64,000 nucleotides of DNA from Bilabrum cf. latius (Eukaryota). Under the pieces are notes generated by a model. The model ran no database searches. It was not told where the DNA came from and saw nothing but the letters and a program-made list of their open reading frames with translations. The stretch covers positions 558,001-622,000 of the forward strand of contig OZ237761.1 in assembly GCA_965178125.1 (NCBI GenBank), in the 5' to 3' direction. Position 1 is the stretch's first letter. Every line of letters begins with the position of its first letter. Positions 1-13,923 of the stretch are shown one piece after another. The position numbers were made by a program, and so were the translations under genes.

Positions 1-1560
1 TACTGGTACACCCCGGCCTGGTTAATGAGGAAGCCCTGCCAGAACGAGTCGTACGACATCGCGCCTCGGGTGTAACCTGCCTGCCATACCTGCTCTCGCT
101 CTGCCCACGCGGCTGCGTCAGGGTCTCGCTTCGCGTCGGGCTGAAACCGGATACCGGTCGAAGCGAACTTGCGCGAGCTGGCCGTGAGCCACAGCGAAGC
201 CCCACCCGGGGATGAGTGCGCTTGGAGCAGCGGTGCGATGAGGCCCACGGCTCCGCTAGGTGACTCTGGGACGCCTGGTGGCACGTACCCGCTAGCTAAA
301 TGCAGCTGAGCTGCAAGGCCAGAGCCGATCATGCCATCTCCTGCATCGCCGTCCAAGGCATACGATGCAAGCGGTGCCTGGATGGCGAGCGATGTTGATG
401 GTCCCGCAGCTGCACCGTCTGTGCCATCAAGAGGCTCTACAACCCTGGGCTGGTCAGGGCGCGACGAGTCCGGAAACAGAAACGTTCCGTTGGCAGACAC
501 GGAGCAACCCCCGAAATCTGAAGTGGCCTGTGCTGTGGTACTAGCGCCATGCTTCGCGCCGGGTGCGAGCAGGACCAGAAACTGCGGCCTGGGGTGTTTG
601 TCGTGCAGCGAGGGGGTTGGAAATTGTGACGGCCACGCATCCAAGCTTGATCCTGCCGCTGCTTCGGTCTGTGAGTGCGACAACGGCACAGCAGACGGCC
701 CCGCCGCTACTGAATGGTCGTCGCTCATCGATGGCGCGGTTATCTGGTCGAAGAGCAGCAGCGCTAACGAGTCGGCAGGGCACGGGGCAGAGCTGCCTAC
801 CAAGGCAGGGGTTACCGCGTATCCTCCAGGCAACCCGCCCTCAGTAGCCTGCAGCAGACCTCCGGGTCCTCGCCAAAACGTGCTTCTCACGCACGAGGCC
901 GAGACGTTGTGGCCCCACGTTCGGCTGGCCTCGGTGTTCCAGCCCGTGGGAAGCAGCTCCTGAGCCAGCGTGGACCAGACCTCCGTATAAGCAGGAGGAT
1001 TGCTTGAAGTAGCCATCAATGCGGCGGAGACTGACACATTCACCTGGGACACGACGAAAGGAACGTCTCCAAATGGAGCTTGCACGACGTGCGAAATTGA
1101 AGCCGTACCTGCGCCTGCCGCTGTTGTCTTGCTTGCCTGTCCGACCCCAAACCGAATATTTAAATCTTTGCATTGACCGCCATCTGCAGTGTGGACTGGA
1201 CAACGGGATGAGGCTGCGATTCGGTCGCCTGCAGACACCCACCCCGCACCGCCCCGGAACTGCTTGAGAGACGCATCGAAGCCGTTCATGAGCTTGGGTC
1301 CACCCTCATCCTAGCGCAATGTCACAAGACCATCGGCTGCGCACAAGGCGACTAACCTATCGTTGCCAAACTGGTGTAACAAGGACCCGCTCTACGACTC
1401 GTTCGAAGCCCCGAGATAGGATACCGCAGGAAGAATGCCATCAGGTGTCGACCCCCAGCTGCCCCACATGTTACTCCCAGGACTATTATGTGGGCTATCT
1501 GGTTGCCCAAGAGATGGAACCAGCTGGGTCAATGCCAGTACGCATGCCGATATAATGAAC
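1..1560 (-). CDS. Hypothetical, possibly secreted protein; 3' end runs off the left edge, start uncertain (possible upstream exon)
   Basis: One minus-strand frame is open from ~1574 to base 1 when two TAGs (1392, ~1311) are read through. N-terminal hydrophobic stretch FIISACVLALTQLVPSLG. No in-frame ATG upstream of it. No recognisable domain. Confidence 0.55.
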
Positions 1561-2291
1561 CTGCAATAGTGCAACTGCCACCATGCAAACGATACGAAAT
1601 ATCATGCTACTCGACTTGCGGATTTAGAACAATGAGGAAAAGCTAGGATAACTATAATGGTTTGACTGACATGCTGTGGGCTCTTAAAGAAGCGAAATTT
1701 GCTCACAAAGATCCGTAAAATCGTGATCTTTTTGAAACGTGTCGTTTTCTCAAAATACGAATTTGGTCGTTCATCGTGCAGCTAGCGTGGTCCACACTGT
1801 TAGATTGTCGCTTCTATTGCGCCAGGCAGTCCATATTGTGCGACAAACACATCATTATACCTAATAGGATTGCTTAGACTGCCAGAAAGTGGTTTGAGAT
1901 TGCCGATTAGCGCTTGGGTCTGCACGTGGTATCGCGAAGGGAGCTATACTAGTGCTCACGTGGAGCCTTTTGTGATTCATAGCAGTCCAGTGTCTTTTAA
2001 ATACAGCTTTAGATTGATTCTGTTGGTCGTTGATCAGGCAGAGAGGGTACGCAGCCGTTTAGAGCAAGCTGAATTAGATCCTGTTCCGACGTGGAAGCTA
2101 CACAGTGAAGCCCAAGTGTCCCAGCTGCAAAGGTATTGAAAGCCATGTCATCAGCAGCCCCGAGAGACCCCAAGGCTGTGTTGGATCACAGCAAGCAGGC
2201 ACGTGCAAAGATGATGCGAGCTGCTCGACGAGGCTCCACCATGCTTCGCTCCGTAACAGCACTGCAGAAAGGCGACCCGAAATAGAAAGTT

Positions 2292-5200
2292 ATGGACGCT
2301 GTCAAACAAAAGCACGCAGCCGAGGAAAGAAAGAGGCGCGCAGAGTTTGCGTTTGTTGATCGCGGCGAAGAATTTTTCTGGATCAAGGACAGCAAAGAGG
2401 CGTTTCGCCCAGCGAAGGTTGTTGATAAGCGGAAGGACGGAGGCATGACAGTGGAATACACGGGCGGTACCAGGACAACAAAGACTGTGTCTAAGGATGA
2501 CGTAGGCCCCCGCATCTCCCGGCCGGAATCCCTTCGCGTTGAATTCGAGGACATGGTTCGAATGGAGGACGTGAACGTCGCGACCATCTTGCACAACCTC
2601 AGGATGCGGTTCAAAGCGGACCGAATCTACACTAACATTGGTGAGATACTGTTTAAGGCGATAGATGCGTCGTGCGCTCGCTCGGCTCGATTTCTCTGCT
2701 TGCACGGCACTCGAATCGCATCGCTGGTGCCGGCGTGGCACGCACTTGACGCAGCACTCTGCTAACTCCGTGCCTCACTCCCCGAGATGTGTCATCGCCA
2801 GAACCCTTGGCTCCCCCGCAGGTACCATTTTGGTGTCTCTGAACCCCTTCAAATGGATGGATGGCGTCTATTCCGCGGAAGTTGCAGAGAGGTACCTGCG
2901 ACGGCAGGTGGGCGAGCAGGTGCCGCCGCACGTGTTCGGCATCGCATCGGCCGCTTACGGAAACCTTACAAACGAGCAGGTGGACCAGGCCATCATCATC
3001 TCTGGCGAATCGGGCGCGGGGAAGACCGAGGCCACCAAGAAGTGCCTGCAATTCCTGGCCGAGGCAGCCTCTCGCGTCGCGGGGTCGTCCGAGAAGAAGT
3101 CCGGTGAGGCGGGGGGCGGTGTATCGATCGAGAAGAAGCTGCTGAACGCCAACCCGGTGCTGGAGGCATTTGGAAACGCCAAGACGGTCCGGAACAACAA
3201 CTCCTCCCGGTTCGGGAAGTGGATGGTGGTGCACTTCAACTACCGCTCCCAGATCTGCGCCTCTGAGATCATCAACTACCTCCTTGAGAAGTCCAGGGTG
3301 GTGTTGCAGGCCAACGAGGAGAGGAACTATCACATCTTCTACCAGGTCTGCCAGATCCCGTGGATGTAGCACGAGTTCGACCTCACCCACCCAGAGGACT
3401 ATCACTACACCAACCAGAGCGGGTGCATCGAGGTGCCGCGGATGAACGACAAGGAGGAGATGGAGGACGTCATGCAGGCCATGTGGGCCGTGGCAGGCAT
3501 GACGCCGCCAGCAGGAGTGCCTGCCACGGAGCGCCCCCCCGATCAGTTCGTGGGCATGGTCAGGCTCGCCGCCGCCATCCTGCACATTGGCAACGTCGAG
3601 TTCGTTCCGGTGCCAGGCAAGGAGGACGAGCAGTGCACCATCTCGTCCTCCGTGGCCTCGGAGAGAGCCATCGCGAACGCCGCTCGGATCCTTGGCGTGG
3701 ACGCCCTGGCGTTGAGGCAGTCGCTACACAAGAAGGTCATCCAGTCCGGGACGGAGCGCATCACCACGGAACTGTCGGCAGAGAGGGCTTCAGACGCCCG
3801 GAACTCGCTGTCGAGGGCACTGTACGGGCGCGCGTTCGACTGGCTCGTGCGGCAGGTCAACTCAAGCATGGTGGCTAACAAGGCCAGCTCGCAGAACATC
3901 GTGGGCATCCTCGACATCTTCGGGTTCGAAATCTTCGAGCACAACTCCTTCGAGCAGCTGTGCATCAATTTCTGCAACGAGAAGCTGCAGCAGCACTTCA
4001 ACACGCATGTGTTTAAAGAAGAGGAAAAGTGCTACATTGCAGAGGGTATCGACTACTCGGAAGTTGAGTTCATTGACAACCAGGACGTGCTGGACCTTGT
4101 CGAGAAGAAGCCGACCGGCCTGCTGGTCCTGCTCGACAACGAAGTCAAGATGGGCGCGCGCGGCACGGACAAGAACTTCATCGCGCAGGTCAACAAGTCC
4201 CACGCGAAGAACAAGAGGTTTGGCCGCGCCAAGCGCAAGCAGGGCCCCATGTACTTTGGAGTGAACCATTACGCAGGACGCGTGGACTACGACGCCGAGG
4301 GCTTTTTGGAGAAAAACAAGGACGAGTTGCTGCTCAACCTGGTGGAGCTCTGCTGCTCCTCTTCGGAGCCCTTTATGCAGATCCTCTTCTCGAAGGAGAG
4401 GGGAGGGTCCAGCGCAAGTCCCGCGGCCGGCAGCAAGAGCCCCTCCCGCAAGTCGGGCAAGAAGAGCTCGGGCGGATCGCGCAAGGAGACGCAGGCGTCG
4501 CAATTCAGGAAGCAGCTCGATGATCTGATGAAGACGCTTAACCGAACGTTCCCGCACTATATCCGGTGCGTGAAACCGAACTCGTCCAAGAAGCCCGACA
4601 TCTTCGAGGGCCCCCTCACGCTGCAGCAGCTCAAGTACGCCGGCGTGTTCGAGGCCGTTATGGTCAGGCAGCAGGGCTTCCCGTTCAGGTGGACCCACGA
4701 CGTCTTCTACAAGCGGTACAGGTGCTGTGCCTCCGATAGGGCGCGCTTCCTGGCACAGATCCCTCCCGGGGCCGATTTCAGGCAGCTGGCGACGGACCTC
4801 CTCTCCGACCTCCAGGTGGCCGACCCGCCGCGCAGACCGGAGGAATATGCCGAGCCGCTCAAGAACTGCAAGTTCGGGCGCACGATGGTTCTGTACAAGG
4901 CCGAGCCGCACCGCGTCCTCGAGACGATGAGGGACGTCACCAGGGTGCATTACGCCAGGGTGTGCCAGCGGGTGGTGAGGGGACACCTTGGCCGGTGCAA
5001 GTTTCTTGCTGTCAAGAAGGTGTACGACGCCATCAAGCACGCGATCAAGTCCAGGAACCTGGAAACGCTTGACGCCGCCATCGTGCTGGGCAAGGCAGCC
5101 CCCTTCAGGCTGTTCATTTTGCGCGAGGCATCGTCCATCCGCGAGGTGCTGGTGGCCGAGAAGAAGTGCAGGGAGGAGCTGGAGAGGGTGCGCCCGCTGG

Positions 5201-8200
5201 ACCCCGTGGAGCACTACGAGGCGTACAACGCTGCTCTGCAAGAGGCAGACAGGCTGAAGCTGATGGAGGAAGCGATCTCGCGGGAGGTGCAGGCCAAGTT
5301 TGCCTCGGTGAAGAAGAGGAAGGAAACCACCGCGGCCCTAAAGAAGGGCATCGAGCGCGGTGACAAGGCCCTCATCGAGGGTGCGCTGGAGCAGCTGGTG
5401 GACCTGGAGAAGGAGTGGGGCCCAATCGTGTCAGAGGACCAGAGGAAGCAGGCAGCCGAGACGCTCGAGATCATCCGCAAGGAGGACGAGGCGCTGCAGG
5501 GACTGCGAGACGCGCTCACTTCGCCTGAGGGCACGCTTAGAGGCAAGGTGGGCGAGCTTCTCCTGGATGGGGTCCGTTCAGAGGCTTTACATGCAGCCGC
5601 GGCCGACTGCCGCAAGCACAACATCCGCACCGATGTCGGCCTCTCGCTGATCGAAGCAGCCGACGCCATCGTGGCGATGCGCAACGCCTTCAAGGCCAAG
5701 GACAACGGCGCCATCGAGGCCGCCGTGGGGGCCGTGTCCAAGCTCAAGAAGGATGGGAGGCTGGGCCCCGAGGCGGAGACGGAGGTGGAGCTGGCCGAGA
5801 ACGAGGTCATGGACAGGAGGGTGCAGCGGGACTTCGAGGCGGCGCTGGCGCAGGGGGTGCCCTAGGGCAAGGTGGGTGCCCTGCAGTTCAAGACGGCAGA
5901 CGTGGGCCCTCTCGAGGAGGTCCTCAGGATCGGCGAATCCATGACGGACACATCAAAGCCAACGCGGATGCTCCTGGACGCTGCTAAGCTCATCCACGGC
6001 CTGCGCAAGGCTGTGTGGTCAAAGGACTGGCACAAAATGAGGCAGCAGCTCGACAAGGCTGCCGGCATGGTGGTTCCCAAGACGGCCGTCCCAGAGCTGC
6101 ATCTTGTTCAGCTCGAGGTGGATAACCGCATGCTGATCCACCAGTTGACCGAGGCGCTGTCCAAGGGAGCGGCGTCTGGGTTCGTGGGCGTGATCGAGAC
6201 GAGCGACATCGACACCACCCTACTCGAGGCGAGGCTGGACCACTGGAAGCAGGTGGGCTGGCACACGGACAAGGCCAAGGCCCTGGTTAGAGTGGCCACG
6301 ACCTTCCTCCTCCTCCGGCGCGCGCTCCGCGAGGGCGAAGAAGACGAGGCGCTCGAAGCGGCCATTAAGGAAGCAGAGAGAGCCGTGGAGGAAGGCGAGG
6401 CTGCGGCGAGCCAAGAAGGCGGCAGGACCGGTGCGGCGTCCGGTGCCGGGGCGGCCGACCCCGTGGGTATCGCGGGCAGCGGCCCCGCGGCCAAGAAGCA
6501 GGCCAAGCTCTTGCCTAGCCAGGCTGAGCAGGAGCTCCGGCTGTCCCGCTACGAGCTGGAGAACAAGAAGGTGCTCGCGGCGCTCCAGGACGCCCTGCAG
6601 CGCGGCGCTCCTCAGGGCAAGATCGGCAGCGTGGACCTCAGCAGCGTGGACATAACCCAGCTCACCAAAGCCCTGGAGCTAGCCAGCGAGCTGGGCTGCC
6701 GCACTCCCGAGGCGTGGTGGCACCGCGACGTGGGCGAAGCTCTCCTCGATATGCGCAAGTCAGTGCTCCGCGGTGATTGGGCCGGAGTCGAGTCTTGCAC
6801 CGCAGAGGTGCGGGCAATGGACGGACAGAAACCAGACGACCACAACTCGGCAGGGGGCGGCGCTGATCCCCTGCAGTTCCCCGGGGTACACTCATCCGAT
6901 ACGCAGAGGTCTAGAGCCAGCAGCGTCAACTCGATGCAGTCCATTGCGGCGCGGGCCGTAGCCAAGGCAAAGGCCGAAAAAGCTGCCGCCTCGGGCGCAG
7001 GCGCAGACGACCAGGCAGCAGCCCCTGCCGCCTCGTCTGCGCTGAGCATGTTCGCGAAGGCGGGACGTGCCGTTCGCTCTCCCAGCTTTGGCGGCTCCGT
7101 GGGCAGCGCTGGCGGAGGTCCGAAGCAGCGACCGACCGATTTCATGTTCCTACCGTCGCCCGTGCTCAACGAGCTGCAGCTGGTGCAGGACGAGCTGGAC
7201 AACAGGACCATCCTCTCGAGCGTGCAGGCTGCTCTGCTCAACGGCCGGCCCGTGGGGCAGGTGGGCGACATCGACGCGAACGGGGTGCAGGTGCAGGAGC
7301 TAGAGGTGAGCGTGTCCAAGTGCGACCGCCTCGAGCCCAAGACCGCCGTCGCGAGGCAGCACGTGGAAACCGGCGTGAGGGTGCTGCAGCTGCGCAGGGC
7401 GCTGCTGTCCGACTCATGGAGCGACGTGGAGCTCGTGCTCTCGACTCTACGGGACGACGGGCCGCTGCCCGACGGACCCAAGTCCGAGGGTGCGGTGGCG
7501 CCGGACGTGCTCGGCATGCTGACTGTGGCTCCCGTGGCGCGGGACGAGGTTATGCTCATGCGGCTAGAGGCGGGGTACAGGAAGGTCATCAAGGCGCTCA
7601 CGGACGCGCTGTCCAGCGACGGTCCATCCGGTGTGGTGGGCGACCTTGACGTATCGCGGCTGTCGGTGGGTCAGCTAGAGGAGGGCGTGGAGGTGGCCGA
7701 GCAGCACGGCACGCAGACCATCAAGGCGAGGCACCTGCTTGCCCTCGCTCGTTTCATCTGGAAGGTGCGGAGGGCTGTGCTGCAGGACAACTGGGACTCG
7801 GCCAAGGCCTTGCTGGACACGGCCGGGGACCTGCTCGGAGAGACGTCGGCTCTGCCGGTCGGCTGCGAGGTGCCTCAGCAGACCAAGTCGGAGGTGCGGC
7901 TGCTCAAGGCGGAGGCTTCCAACAGGCAGATCGTGAGCCAGGCCAGGGCCGCGCTGCAGGAAGGAGGGCCAAAGGGTGACGTGGGGCACCTGAACCTGAC
8001 CCTGATCGAGGTGCAGCCGCTCGAGGACGCCGTGGAGCAGGCCATGTGCCTGGGCCCCGCCACAGGAGAGGCGCGCTGCCTCGTGGCGACCTGCGTGCAC
8101 CTTCGTGCGGTGCGGCTGGCCCTCATGGCCGGTCAGTGGGAGAAGCTGCAGCGCTTCGTGGACTACGCGGACGGCGTGGCGAGCAGGTTCGGCGCCGGGC

Positions 8201-11200
8201 CTATCGACCCGGAGCTGCTGCGGGCCGCTGCGCACGAGGAGGAGCAGATTCAGATCAAGGAGGCTGAGGGGGATGGCGCGGGCGATAGCGACCAGCCCAG
8301 GCTGCCGCCCGCCTCGGTGCCGGCGTGGCAGCACTCCTCGGCCGGCAAGCACCTGGGCGTGCAGGGTCAGATGGGAGAGTGGGCGGTGGTGTCTAGGCTA
8401 GCAAGCGAGTCCGGCCTGGCTGCCGTGGGAGCCGCGGACCCCGTGGCCGCCCTGCCCCCTGGTGTCGCACGGCCCCTTCCCTTCGACATCGCGACGGACG
8501 GCCTCGCCAGCCTTTCTCTGGCCGAGCTGAGGGTGTGCCAGGCAGAGCTGGACAACCGTGCCATCATCGTGAAGCTCTCCGAGGCCCTCTCGAGCGGCTC
8601 GGCACAGGGTCCCACGGGCCACCTGGACGTCAGCTGCGTGGACACGGACGGCCTCGAGGATGCAATCTAGTTCGCGGAGGGGGTCGGCTGCACGACGGTG
8701 GAGGCGCGGCAGGTGCTTGCCACGGCCAAGGTGGTGGTCAAGCTCAGGGAGGCCCTCAGGTCGCACGACTGGTCCTACCTCGAGGCGGTGCTGGCGGAGG
8801 CCCACGGAAAGGTGCTCGCCAGCATTGTGGCACCAGAGATGCGGGCTGCGCAGGACGAGCTGGACAACAGGGCGGTACTGGTCGAGCTGACGCAGGCCCT
8901 GTCGCGGGGTAGGCCACAGGGCCAGACCGGCAGGCTGTACACGGGCAGCGTGGAGCTGAAGCCGCTGGAGGAGGCCATCGACATGGCCAGTCGGGTGGGC
9001 ACCAAGACCACCGAGGCGAGGCAGATGCTGTTCACGGCTCGAGTCGTCCTTCGGCTGCGGCACTCGCTGCTGGTTGGCGACCTGAACGAGGCGCAGCTGA
9101 CGCTGCAGGCAGTCCGCGGGCGGCCCGTGGCCACTGTTGCCATGTCGGAGATCCGCATGGCACAGGATGAGGTGGACAACTGGGTGCTGCTGCGCGAGCT
9201 GACGGAGGCCCTCGAGAATGGCAGGGCCAAGGGGACTGTGGGCGCTCTGGAGATCGAGGGCTGCGTGGAGACGGAGGGGCTCGAGGCGGCCATCCGCCGC
9301 GCCGAGGACAGGGGGGTCAAGACTAGGGAGGCACAGGCACTGGTCCTCGGCGCTGTGCAGGCTCTTAAGCTCAGGCGGGCGCTGCTCGCCGGCGACTGGT
9401 CCAAGGTGGAGGCGGTCGTTCGCGAGAGCGCGGGGGTGGCCGGCCTGGCGGCGCTGGCCGTGGAGGAACTCGCGCTGGCCTCGGACGAGCTGGATGACCG
9501 CAGGGTGGTGCGCCTGCTGGAGACGGCTCTGCGGCAGGGCAGCGCGAGGGGCGAGCCGGGCGAGCTAGACCTCAGTGGGGTCGACACCACCGCGCTGGAC
9601 GAGGGGCTCGCGACTGCGTCCGATCTCGGCTGCAAGACGGAGCGCGCGGAGGACCTGCAGAAGGCCGCCAAGCTGATCCGCCGTCTGAGGTCGGTGCTTC
9701 TCGCGGAGAACTGGGAGTGGGTGGCCACGGTGCTCCCGGATGCCAGGCAGGACAAGCGCGTGTTCCCCGTGGAGAGCTTGCAGGAGCTGCAGCTGGTGCA
9801 GGACGAGCTGGACAACAGGACCATCCTCGCCCAGCTGACCGCCGCACTGTCCTCAGGGGCTGCCCGGGGCGCCGTCGGCAGCATCGACGTGGACGGAATC
9901 GACACGGGCGGCCTGGACCGAGCGATATCCTTCTCCCGCCAGCTGGGGTGCAAGACGGTCGAGGCCTCTCAGATGGTCGCAACCGCGCAGCTGGTCCGGA
10001 GGCTGCGGCAAGCCCTCTCCGCGGGAGACCTGGAGCTGGCTGGAGAGCTGCTGGACGGCGTGCGCGGCAAGGTGCTGGCTGCGGCAGCCGCGGAAGAGGT
10101 GCGTGCAATCAAGCACGAAGTGGACAACTGGCGCGTGATCGGGGCGCTGACCTCGGCCGTGAGCGCGGCTGCGGAGGCTGGCATCGACGGGGACGGTGCC
10201 GGAGCCAGCGACGGCGAGGGCAAAGGCCCCGCGAGCAACAGCGCGGCTGCCCGAGCCGCGGCGGCGCTGGCCGGCTCGTCCGGAGGCTCCGATGGGGAGG
10301 GCGCCGAGGGCGGCTCGCTGGCTGTCCTCGACGCTGCCATCGCGCGCACGATGGAGCTGGGCTGCCACACGGCAGAGGCGAGGGATGCCCTCTTCAGCGC
10401 CCTCACCGTGCGCAGGCTGAGGTATGCCGTGGCCGAGGCCGACTGGGACTTTGCCGAGAAGGTGGTGGCCGAGGCAGACAGGGACTCCCACCGCCTCATC
10501 GCCGGCGCGCGGCCCCAGGTGGAGACCGTGAGGGAGGAGCTGGAGCTGCGCAAGGTGCTCAAGGGCCTCCGCAGCGCCGTGGACGCGCAGGACGAGACGG
10601 AGATCAGCTCCTTCCTGGCGCGCGGGGCGCGGCTCGGGCTGGCAGCCCACGCGAGCCAGGAGGTGCGCGCTGCGATGGAGCAGGCCTCCCTGGCTCTCTC
10701 TAGGCTGCACCGGTGTAGGTCCAGTCTGCAGGCCGGTCTCAAGGCCATGGCGGCGCCGCAGCTCGTGGACGCGCTGACGTCTGCCACGTCGATCGGGTTC
10801 CGCGGACCGTTGGTGGATGAGGCCCGCAAGGCGCTGGAGAAGATCCGCGGAGCTACCACAAGGGCGACGCAGGCCCTCCGCACTGTGGACACGGATGCGA
10901 TGGAGGCCAGCCTCCGCGAGTGCGAGAGCATCGGCCTGTCGCTTCCGCTGCTGCGCGACATTCGGGCGCTGCTAGCCCTGCCGCGACCTGTCCTGCTGCA
11001 GAAGCAGGTGCGGGCGGCAGTTGCGTAGGGCGACGCCGAGCGGGTCGTGTCAATCACCATGGAGATCAAGAGCAACTTCTTCGACGAGGGCGGCCGGCTG
11101 GACGACCCGGGCCTCAGCCTGCACAACTACGAAGAGGTGCGCCCGCCGCAGATCGTCAGCGCGTCGTACGGACTGACCGACACCACGGAGGACATGCTTC

Positions 11201-12486
11201 GCTGGTCGAAGCAGCCGATCCACAGCAGCTTCACCAGGCTGGGCGAGGACCCGGAGCTCAGGCGAGTCGCCGCCAGGTGTTTCAGAGCGGTCCTCTCCTT
11301 CATGGGAGACCGGGGCACTGCGGCCGCTGGCGCCCAGGGGCGCAAGAGCAGGTGCGTGGAGCAGGCGCAGGAGGCGCTCGCTGTGGCGCACCAGCAGGTG
11401 CCTCTACGAGACGAGCTGTTGCTGCAGATCTGCAAGCAGCTGACGGACAACCCCAGCGAGGACTCGAGGGCCCGCGGCTGGGTCCTCTTGCACGCGGCGT
11501 TGAGCAGCTTCCCACCCTCTGCCACGTTCGAAAACCACCTCGAGTGCTTCCTGCGGAGGCATGGGCGACTGGCTTCCGTTCGTGCGATGCACTTGCGCAT
11601 GTTTAAGGGCGCGGCCAAGGCGCCTGCCTCGGCGGAGCTGCTACGGAAGGCGCTCGAGCAGGCGGGGCTGCCTCCGCTGGGCAGCGCGTCTGGCTCTGGC
11701 TCTTCTCCCGGTGCCTCGACTGGGCAGGGCGGGGCCGCCGCATCTGCCGGGGGAGGGGCCGGGGCCCTCGCAGCCAGTGCGCCGAGTAGCTCGGCTGCGG
11801 AACCGCCGGCGGCGCCGGGGGCGGGCGCCGCCAACCCGTTCCTCAGCGAGATTGCGAGCCCCATCCAGCAGCCCGGCCAGAGGGGCCGAAGCAAGCTGGC
11901 GCAGGCATCGACGGGGCCCGTCGCGCCGTCCACGTCCGCGGTCGGGCGACGATCCGGTGGTGCGGTGGAGGGCAAGTCACAGGACTCCACCGACGAGAGA
12001 CAGCGCGGCGCTGGCGCGCCTCAGCTGCAGCCCGCTCCTGGACCCGTCGTGGCGGGTGGCTTGGGTGCGGATGGCAAGGGGGAGGTGCCTCACTTGGAGC
12101 GGAGGGACTCTAGCGACTCGGTGAGCGAGCTTCAGGGCGACTCGGACGTGTCGTTCGCCCGCTTCAAGCCCGCGAGCGCCCGGGCGGCGGACCGGCATGA
12201 CTCGGTGGACATTCAGCTCGAGCAGGCGCTCTCCACCGTGGCCGACTCGCTGCGGCCGTCGTCCAAGCGGACCCCGCCCGCGGCTTCGAGGCAGGAGCAG
12301 GGGTAGGCTAAGGCATCGGACGCAGGGAGCGGAGCGTACCCGGTGAGCAGCATCCGCGACCTGCAAGCGCACGGCTAGGGTGGCCCCAGCGTTCGGTCCA
12401 GCTAGGGTGCGCAACGTTAGGCAGGTACGTCCGGCAAGCTGGATCGCTTAGCTGCGCTTCGAGCATCGCTTGGCAGCTTTGATTGA
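2292..12486 (+). CDS. Giant unconventional myosin (~3,337 aa): motor, IQ, long helical repeat tail, C-terminal MyTH4; intron 2641-2821; 8 in-frame TAG
   Basis: Motor motifs GESGAGKT, NNNSSRFGK, ILDIFGFE and HYIRCVKPN. IQ-like motif QRVVRGHLGR. MyTH4 motif LRDELLLQICKQLTDNP...RGW. GT..AG intron restores YTNIG/TILVSLNPFK. TAGs at 3367, 5863, 8668, 11026, 12304, 12376, 12403, 12418; true stop TGA 12484-12486. Confidence 0.93.
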
Positions 12487-12606
12487 GATTGTGGTTGTTA
12501 GACTGCGTATTTTGACAATAACCTATTTTTGTCGGATAAGAATATGAGAATCGGATTCAGAATGGCACCACACTACACCGAGGACACAAGACGGCTTTGC
12601 AGAGCG

Positions 12607-13845
12607 TCAGCCAAAGCCACCCATGGCAATAGCCTGCAGCCTGGCTTCCAATCGCTCGAGGCACACATAACCACACCCGTTGTCATTCCAGTGACACGGG
12701 GGCACCTCATGGCACTCTCGAGCCACGAGGCTCTGCATGGCGTCAAACCTGCGGCACCTCGTCTTAAAGTCTGGGATCCTCGCGGCGCGCTGGTCCAGCT
12801 GGCGCTCCGCCTCGCGAACAAGAACCAGGTCGGTCGCCTGCAGCTGCCTGTATTTGCTGGATTGCACTAGCTCGATCACCTCTGGTTCCTCCTCCTCGAT
12901 GGGTGGGTGCCTGCAAAAGGCCTTTCCTGTATCGTCCAAATGGGGCTTGCTGGAGTTCTTGGCGGCGATGTGCGCCACCCAGTGCAGCGGCACGCTCAGC
13001 GCGTCTGCCAGCAGCACGAAAGACTCCGTGGGTCTGTCGGCCACCACAACAAAGTCGTAGAAGGAGAGGATGGCCCTAGCCCGAGGCGTCACCCTGTCCA
13101 CTGTGGCTTGGTTGGGCCAGACCGACCTCAAAATGGACTTGCTTCCCGCCTTCCATTCAGCAGATGACTTGCGCTAATAGGAGCCATTCCACTCAGTGTT
13201 TCGCCCGGTCTTTTCTAAATGTGTACCCTGTGCATTCTATGTTATTGATGAGTCCGTTTGCGCTTGGAGCATCCTCCTGTCACCAGTCCATCGGTTGACA
13301 GCTTGGAGCCTGGCTGTCATGCAGTCGTCAGGAGGCTACATATAATATGACAGAGGGCTTGTATGCCGCATTAGCATGCTTATTTTTCCAGAGACTGTCG
13401 GGGCCACGCCTTGCCGCGTGCATTTTTCATGGTAAAATAGACTTAGAGCTCGAGAACTTGGATGCCTAACGGACGCAACAACGAAGGGTGCCACCCGGTG
13501 CCTATCGAGTACAGTTTGCATAGACCTGCGGGTGGCGTGATTTGCCCATATACCCGGTTCTCGCGGAGCTCGAAGCACATCAAGCAGAGAGCTGCTTGTG
13601 TGGTCTGCATTGTATCCACTCAAGCCCCGGCGCTTCGCGATTCCGCGAAGCACGCCACTCAAAGAAGAGGACAACGTTTTGAATGTCTTGATTTGAACGA
13701 TACTTCGCTCGGCCCAGCTCTCAAACGTTTTCAAGTCTACGCTCGGTACTTCAAGTTGACAACTTGAGCTGCCTATCGCGCACACCACTGGCAGCAGCCC
13801 AACCAAAGCAATCACACGGGCAGTTCGCAGAAGCATTACAATCAT
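12607..13845 (-). CDS. Sulfotransferase, galactose-3-O-sulfotransferase-like, with signal anchor
   Basis: ORFs 13336..13884 and 12607..13131 are in one frame joined through TAGs. 5'-PSB-like IKTFKTLSSSL and 3'-PB-like VRHPSSRALSLFYH. Hydrophobic N-terminus; TGA stop. Start Met at 13845 or 13836. Confidence 0.7.
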
Positions 13846-13923
13846 AACATAAAAGTATATCTTAAAGTGTTTCCTCCTCGACAATGGCTACCCTATCTGA
13901 GTAGACCGGAACACGCCTTGCGA

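Noticed and set aside
2653-12414. Long antisense and alternate-frame ORFs over myosin (and likewise over the 42.7-46 kb gene)
   Set aside because: Shadow ORFs caused by high GC3; they contain no domain motifs.
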